Part shown: one piece after another, positions 51,028 through 54,268 of the stretch | Numbering within the stretch: the stretch's first letter is position 1 | Layout of the letters: the number at the start of each line of letters is the position of its first letter | Source: Paludibacteraceae bacterium | GTDB lineage: Bacteria; Bacteroidota; Bacteroidia; Bacteroidales; Paludibacteraceae | Assembly (NCBI GenBank): GCA_017964045.1 | Contig: JAGCSQ010000010.1 | Span: 1 to 54,268 of the forward strand | Length of the DNA: 54,268 nucleotides | Direction of reading: 5' to 3' | Made by a program: the position numbers and the translations under genes | Notes under the pieces: model-generated | Seen by the model: only the letters and a program-made list of their open reading frames with translations | Told to the model about the DNA's origin: nothing | Databases searched by the model: none

Positions 51028-53349
51028 ATGAAACGACTACTGCTCATAGATGCTTATGCGATGATCTATCGCGCTTACTATGCATTCATCAAGGTGCCTC
51101 GTATGAATTCCAAGGGCGAGAATACCTCGGCTATATATGGATTTGTTATTACGTTGGAGGATCTGATTAAGCGAGTTCGTCCCACTCATCTGGGTGTGGC
51201 TTTTGACCCGCACGGACCAACATTCCGCCATGAGGCATACGAGCAGTATAAGGCTCAGCGTCCGGATACGCCTGAGGATATCAAGAAGGCAGTGCCTGTA
51301 ATCAAGCAGATTTTGGAGGCTATGAATATACCTGTTATGGAGGTACAAGGTTATGAGGCTGATGATGTCATTGGAACGCTTGCAGGCAAGGCTGAACGTG
51401 CGGGCTTTGAGGTATTTATGGCTACGCCGGACAAGGACTACGGGCAGTTGGTGACAGAGAATGTACACCTTTTCCGTCCGCGTCATACAGGCGGTTTTGA
51501 GCAGATGGGACCGGCAGAGGTGTGCGCTAAGTACGGCCTGAGTAATCAGTTGCAGGTGATAGACCTGTTGGGACTGATGGGCGATGCCAGCGATAATATT
51601 CCCGGTTGCAAGGGAGTGGGCGAGAAGACGGCTGTCAGCCTGTTGCAGCAGTTTGGAGATATAGAGAATCTGCTCAATAGTACCGACCAACTGAAAGGTG
51701 CACTCAAGGCAAAGATAGAAGAGCAAGCAGATATGATTCGTTTCTCGCGATTCCTGGCCACCATCAAGACGGATGTGCCTGTAGAGTTGGACGAGGCAGC
51801 ATTGACGATTAAGGATAAGGATTGGAATAGGTTAGTGCCGATATATAGGGAACTGGAGTTCAACTCTCTGCTCAGGAATGCACCTGCGACGGCAGCAGTT
51901 CAGACGAGTCAGACGATTCAGACAACTCAGACGCGACCTGCTAAGAGCAAGCCTGCAGAGGCGACTCTTGACCTTTTTGCCGAACCGGCAGAGGCAGCAG
52001 AAGAGCTTAAGCCGGAGTACGATACAATTGAGAATAGATTGTGCTCGTATCTGCTTAATCCGGAGCTGTCATTCAATCCGTATAAAGAGCCGGATTGGGC
52101 AGCGTTGAAGGCTGATCCGGCGCTATGGAATCTGTATAATGAGGTTGAGTTGCCGTTGGTGGAGGTGCTGCGTGAGATGGAAAAAGCCGGTGTGCGCTTT
52201 GACCTTAAGATGCTCAAGGAGGCAGAAACTGAACTGAGTAAGGAACTGGCTGAGTTGGAGCAACGTATATATGACGCTGCAGGACAAGTATTTAATATCA
52301 ACTCGCCGCGTCAGGTTGGAGAGGTGCTGTTTGACAATCTCAAACTTGACCGGAAGGCCAAGCGCTCCAAGAACGGACAGTACTCGACATCTGAGGAAGT
52401 GCTGCAAGGCTTGAAGGACAAGCATCCTGTTGTTGGTATGATTCTGGATCAAAGAGAATTGAAGAAACTGATATCAACATATATATCTGCTTTGCCGGGT
52501 TATATCAATCCTGAGACGGGCAAGATACATACCACTTACAATCAAACGGTTACGGCTACAGGCCGCTTGTCGAGCAGCAATCCTAACCTGCAGAACTTGC
52601 CTATTCGTAGCGAGCGTGGTCAGTTTATCCGCAGAGCGGTTATTCCGGATGAGGGTTGTCTGTTCCTAAGTGCCGACTACAGCCAGATAGAGTTGCGCCT
52701 GATGGCTCATTTCAGTCAGGACCCGCATATGATGGAAGCTTTCCGCAACGGACAGGATGTGCATGCGGCTACGGCGGCAAAGATTTTTGGTGTTCCGTTG
52801 GAACAAGTTAGTAAGGACCAGCGTCGTCGCGCCAAAACGGCTAACTTTGGTATTATATACGGCATCTCCGCTTTTGGCCTTTCGCAGCAACTGGATTGTC
52901 CGAGGGCAGAGGCAAAGCAACTGATTGATGATTACTTTGCTGCCTTCCCCAAGGTTATTGATTTTATTGAAAAGCAGAAGGAGTTTGCCCGCAGTCACGG
53001 ATACGTTGAAACTTTGTTTGGTCGCAAACGCTATCTGCCGGATATACTGTCGCAGAACTCCGTTGTTCGCTCCTTTGCAGAGCGCAATGCCGTCAATGCT
53101 CCTATTCAGGGAACGGCTGCTGATATTATCAAGATGGCGATGGTTAGTATTCATCGCAGGCTAAAGGCAGAGGGACTGAAAGCACAGATGATTATGCAGG
53201 TGCATGACGAACTTAACTTCAATGTGCCGGAGGTAGAGGTTGAGCGCGTCAAGGAAATCGTTGTCAGCGAGATGCAGAATGCCGTTCATCTGAGTGTTCC
53301 TATCATTGCCGAATGCGGAGTCGGCAAGAACTGGCTCGAAGCACATTAA
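51028..53349 (+). CDS. polA: DNA polymerase I, short form without a recognisable 3'-5' exonuclease domain
   Basis: 5'-nuclease motifs LLLIDAYAMIYRAYYAF, GYEADDVIGTLA and LMGDASDNIPGCKGVGEKTA. Polymerase motifs A DYSQIELRLMAH, B RRRAKTANFGIIYG and C MQVHDELNF. The track start 50959 is TTG; ATGs lie at 51019 and 51028. The product is 773 aa from 51028. Confidence 0.9.
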   Translation: MKRLLLIDAYAMIYRAYYAFIKVPRMNSKGENTSAIYGFVITLEDLIKRVRPTHLGVAFDPHGPTFRHEAYEQYKAQRPDTPEDIKKAVPVIKQILEAMNIPVMEVQGYEADDVIGTLAGKAERAGFEVFMATPDKDYGQLVTENVHLFRPRHTGGFEQMGPAEVCAKYGLSNQLQVIDLLGLMGDASDNIPGCKGVGEKTAVSLLQQFGDIENLLNSTDQLKGALKAKIEEQADMIRFSRFLATIKTDVPVELDEAALTIKDKDWNRLVPIYRELEFNSLLRNAPATAAVQTSQTIQTTQTRPAKSKPAEATLDLFAEPAEAAEELKPEYDTIENRLCSYLLNPELSFNPYKEPDWAALKADPALWNLYNEVELPLVEVLREMEKAGVRFDLKMLKEAETELSKELAELEQRIYDAAGQVFNINSPRQVGEVLFDNLKLDRKAKRSKNGQYSTSEEVLQGLKDKHPVVGMILDQRELKKLISTYISALPGYINPETGKIHTTYNQTVTATGRLSSSNPNLQNLPIRSERGQFIRRAVIPDEGCLFLSADYSQIELRLMAHFSQDPHMMEAFRNGQDVHAATAAKIFGVPLEQVSKDQRRRAKTANFGIIYGISAFGLSQQLDCPRAEAKQLIDDYFAAFPKVIDFIEKQKEFARSHGYVETLFGRKRYLPDILSQNSVVRSFAERNAVNAPIQGTAADIIKMAMVSIHRRLKAEGLKAQMIMQVHDELNFNVPEVEVERVKEIVVSEMQNAVHLSVPIIAECGVGKNWLEAH
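51901..51936 (+). repeat. In-frame 9-bp tandem repeat in the polA linker (CAGACGAGT CAGACGATT CAGACAACT CAGACGCGA)
   Basis: Direct reading. It encodes QTS QTI QTT QTR. Confidence 0.85.
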
Positions 53350-53367
53350 TGCAAAAGATAGCAAGCG

Positions 53368-53398
53368 TGGCAGGCAGGGATGTCTGCCATTCTTCTTG
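53368..53398 (+). terminator. Probable terminator after polA
   Basis: Stem TGGCAGGCA / TGTCTGCCA (9 bp including one G-U pair) with a GGGA loop, followed by the pyrimidine-rich TTCTTCTTG. It starts 19 nt after the stop codon. Confidence 0.45.
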
Positions 53399-53419
53399 TC
53401 CTATTAGAGCCACCAATAA

Positions 53420-53529
53420 TGGGATATTATAAGGTTATTAAAAGGTGATTAATGGGACGTTAAGGGGTGATTAAGGGGTGATTAAGGGGTGATTAAAGGG
53501 TGATTATGGGGTGATTAAAAGGTTATTCC
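53420..53529. repeat. 11-bp tandem array, about 10 units, consensus GGGGTGATTAA
   Basis: Units read directly: TGGGATATTAT, AAGGTTATTAA, AAGGTGATTAA, TGGGACGTTAA, GGGGTGATTAA x3 (53464-53496), AGGGTGATTAT, GGGGTGATTAA, AAGGTTATTCC. Confidence 0.9.
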
Positions 53530-53630
53530 CGGGACGTGCTTAGGCTTCTGTAAGCCCGTGTGAATCATCCTTGTCCTTGTGCTGCTCCCTACGAACACGC
53601 GTAGCGCGCACACCCGATGCCTCCACTTTT

Positions 53631-53660
53631 AAAAAGAAAAAGAAAAAGAAGAGAGAAAAA
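53631..53660. repeat. 30-nt homopurine tract (AAAAAG x3 then AAGAGAGAAAAA)
   Basis: Direct reading. It lies between the GC-rich block and the hflX promoter box. Confidence 0.8.
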
Positions 53661-53684
53661 TTTGCATATTTAATTTTTTTGTTG

Positions 53685-53692
53685 TAATTTTG
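53685..53692 (+). promoter_or_regulatory. Bacteroidota -7 promoter box TAATTTTG for hflX
   Basis: GTTGTAATTTTGCAGGCGGAAAATTATG, with 13 nt between the box and the ATG at 53706. Confidence 0.55.
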
Positions 53693-53705
53693 CAGGCGGA
53701 AAATT

Positions 53706-54268
53706 ATGGAGCGAGCGATATTAGTTGGTTTGATAACTCCGTCACAGCCTGAGGAGCGAACCGAGGAGTACTTGGATGAGTTGGCTTTTCTGGCGGACAC
53801 ACGTGATATAGAACCAGTGAAACGGTTTGTACAGCGCGTGGCCAACCCTGATACTAATACCTATGTCGGTAGTGGCAAACTGGCAGAGATAAAAGATTAT
53901 ATCGCTGAGAGGGGACCGATTGATTTGGTGATATTTGATGATGAGCTTAGTCCGCGGCAGCTGAGGAATATAGAGAGGGAACTGAATGTGAGGGTGATGG
54001 ACAGGACAATATTGATCCTTGAGATATTTGTTCAGCGTGCACAGACGAGTTATGCCAAGACACAGGTTGAGATGGCTCATCTTCAGTATATGTTGCCACG
54101 ATTGACACGAATGTGGAGTCACCTGGATAGGCAACGTGGTGGTGGAGGAACAAACCGAGGTACAGGTGAGACGCAGATAGAGGCGGATAAGCGAATAATT
54201 GGTCAGCGCATAGCCCTGCTAAGAGACGAACTCAAGCGCATAGACCGTCAGATGGCGACGCAGCGACA
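53706..54268 (+). CDS. hflX: GTPase HflX, N-terminal part (runs off the right edge)
   Basis: Absent from the track because it is open to the edge. Hand translation gives MERAILVGLITPSQPEERTEEYLDELAFLADT...DDELSPRQLRNIERELNVRVMDRTILILEIF...HLDRQRGGGGTNRGTGETQIEADKR, the characteristic HflX N-domain. Confidence 0.85.
   Translation, partial: MERAILVGLITPSQPEERTEEYLDELAFLADTRDIEPVKRFVQRVANPDTNTYVGSGKLAEIKDYIAERGPIDLVIFDDELSPRQLRNIERELNVRVMDRTILILEIFVQRAQTSYAKTQVEMAHLQYMLPRLTRMWSHLDRQRGGGGTNRGTGETQIEADKRIIGQRIALLRDELKRIDRQMATQR

Noticed and set aside
53420-53529. Possible CRISPR array or coding repeat.
   Set aside because: The units are only 11 bp and directly abutting with no spacers. No cas genes are present. 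The period is not a multiple of 3 and no ORF spans the array.
53545-53625. Possible SRP (4.5S) RNA on the minus strand. GGGAGCAGCACAAGG resembles the conserved GGAAGCAGCCAAGG of SRP helix 8, and GUAG could be a GNAR tetraloop.
   Set aside because: The 5' side of the putative helix (ACGCGUGUUC) lacks the conserved AGG-containing symmetric-loop strand, and I could not build a convincing closing helix by hand. It is left as an unclassified block pending an Infernal scan.

Overview
Chromosomal window from a Bacteroidota genome, probably a Prevotella-like Bacteroidales member. This is inferred from the porPKLMN type IX secretion (T9SS) genes, TAnnTTTG promoter boxes and ftsX-DUF3098-uppP-truB-queA synteny. 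Left edge, minus strand: a partial SGNH-like hydrolase, trkH, trkA and dxs. The stretch 5892-34783 (about 53 percent of the window, plus strand) looks accessory. It encodes four giant secreted proteins of 1192, 3512, 2821 and 1061 aa, built from FN3-like, lectin or choice-of-anchor-J-like, Cys-rich and GEVED-like modules. Three of them end in type-A T9SS C-terminal domains. They are followed by a paralogous beta-barrel pair; the second member adds two carboxypeptidase-regulatory-like domains and an OmpA_C peptidoglycan-binding domain. I cannot assign this six-gene arrangement to a named system, and it is the main candidate for something new. The right part holds DUF4861 and GH28 (minus strand), ybeY, a SpmA/B-like membrane protein, a methyltransferase, a PduO-type adenosyltransferase, DUF2795, porP-porK-porL-porM-porN, ftsX, DUF3098, uppP, truB, queA and ung. 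It ends with an unusually short polA lacking the 3'-5' exonuclease domain, an 11-bp tandem array and the start of hflX. I recognised no tRNA, rRNA, CRISPR, transposase or integrase. The ORF track translates TTG/GTG starts as M (checked by hand at 5515, 31889, 37275, 48520, 50360 and 50959), so several track starts are over-extended. Adjusted starts are given where an ATG plus a promoter box or signal peptide supports them.
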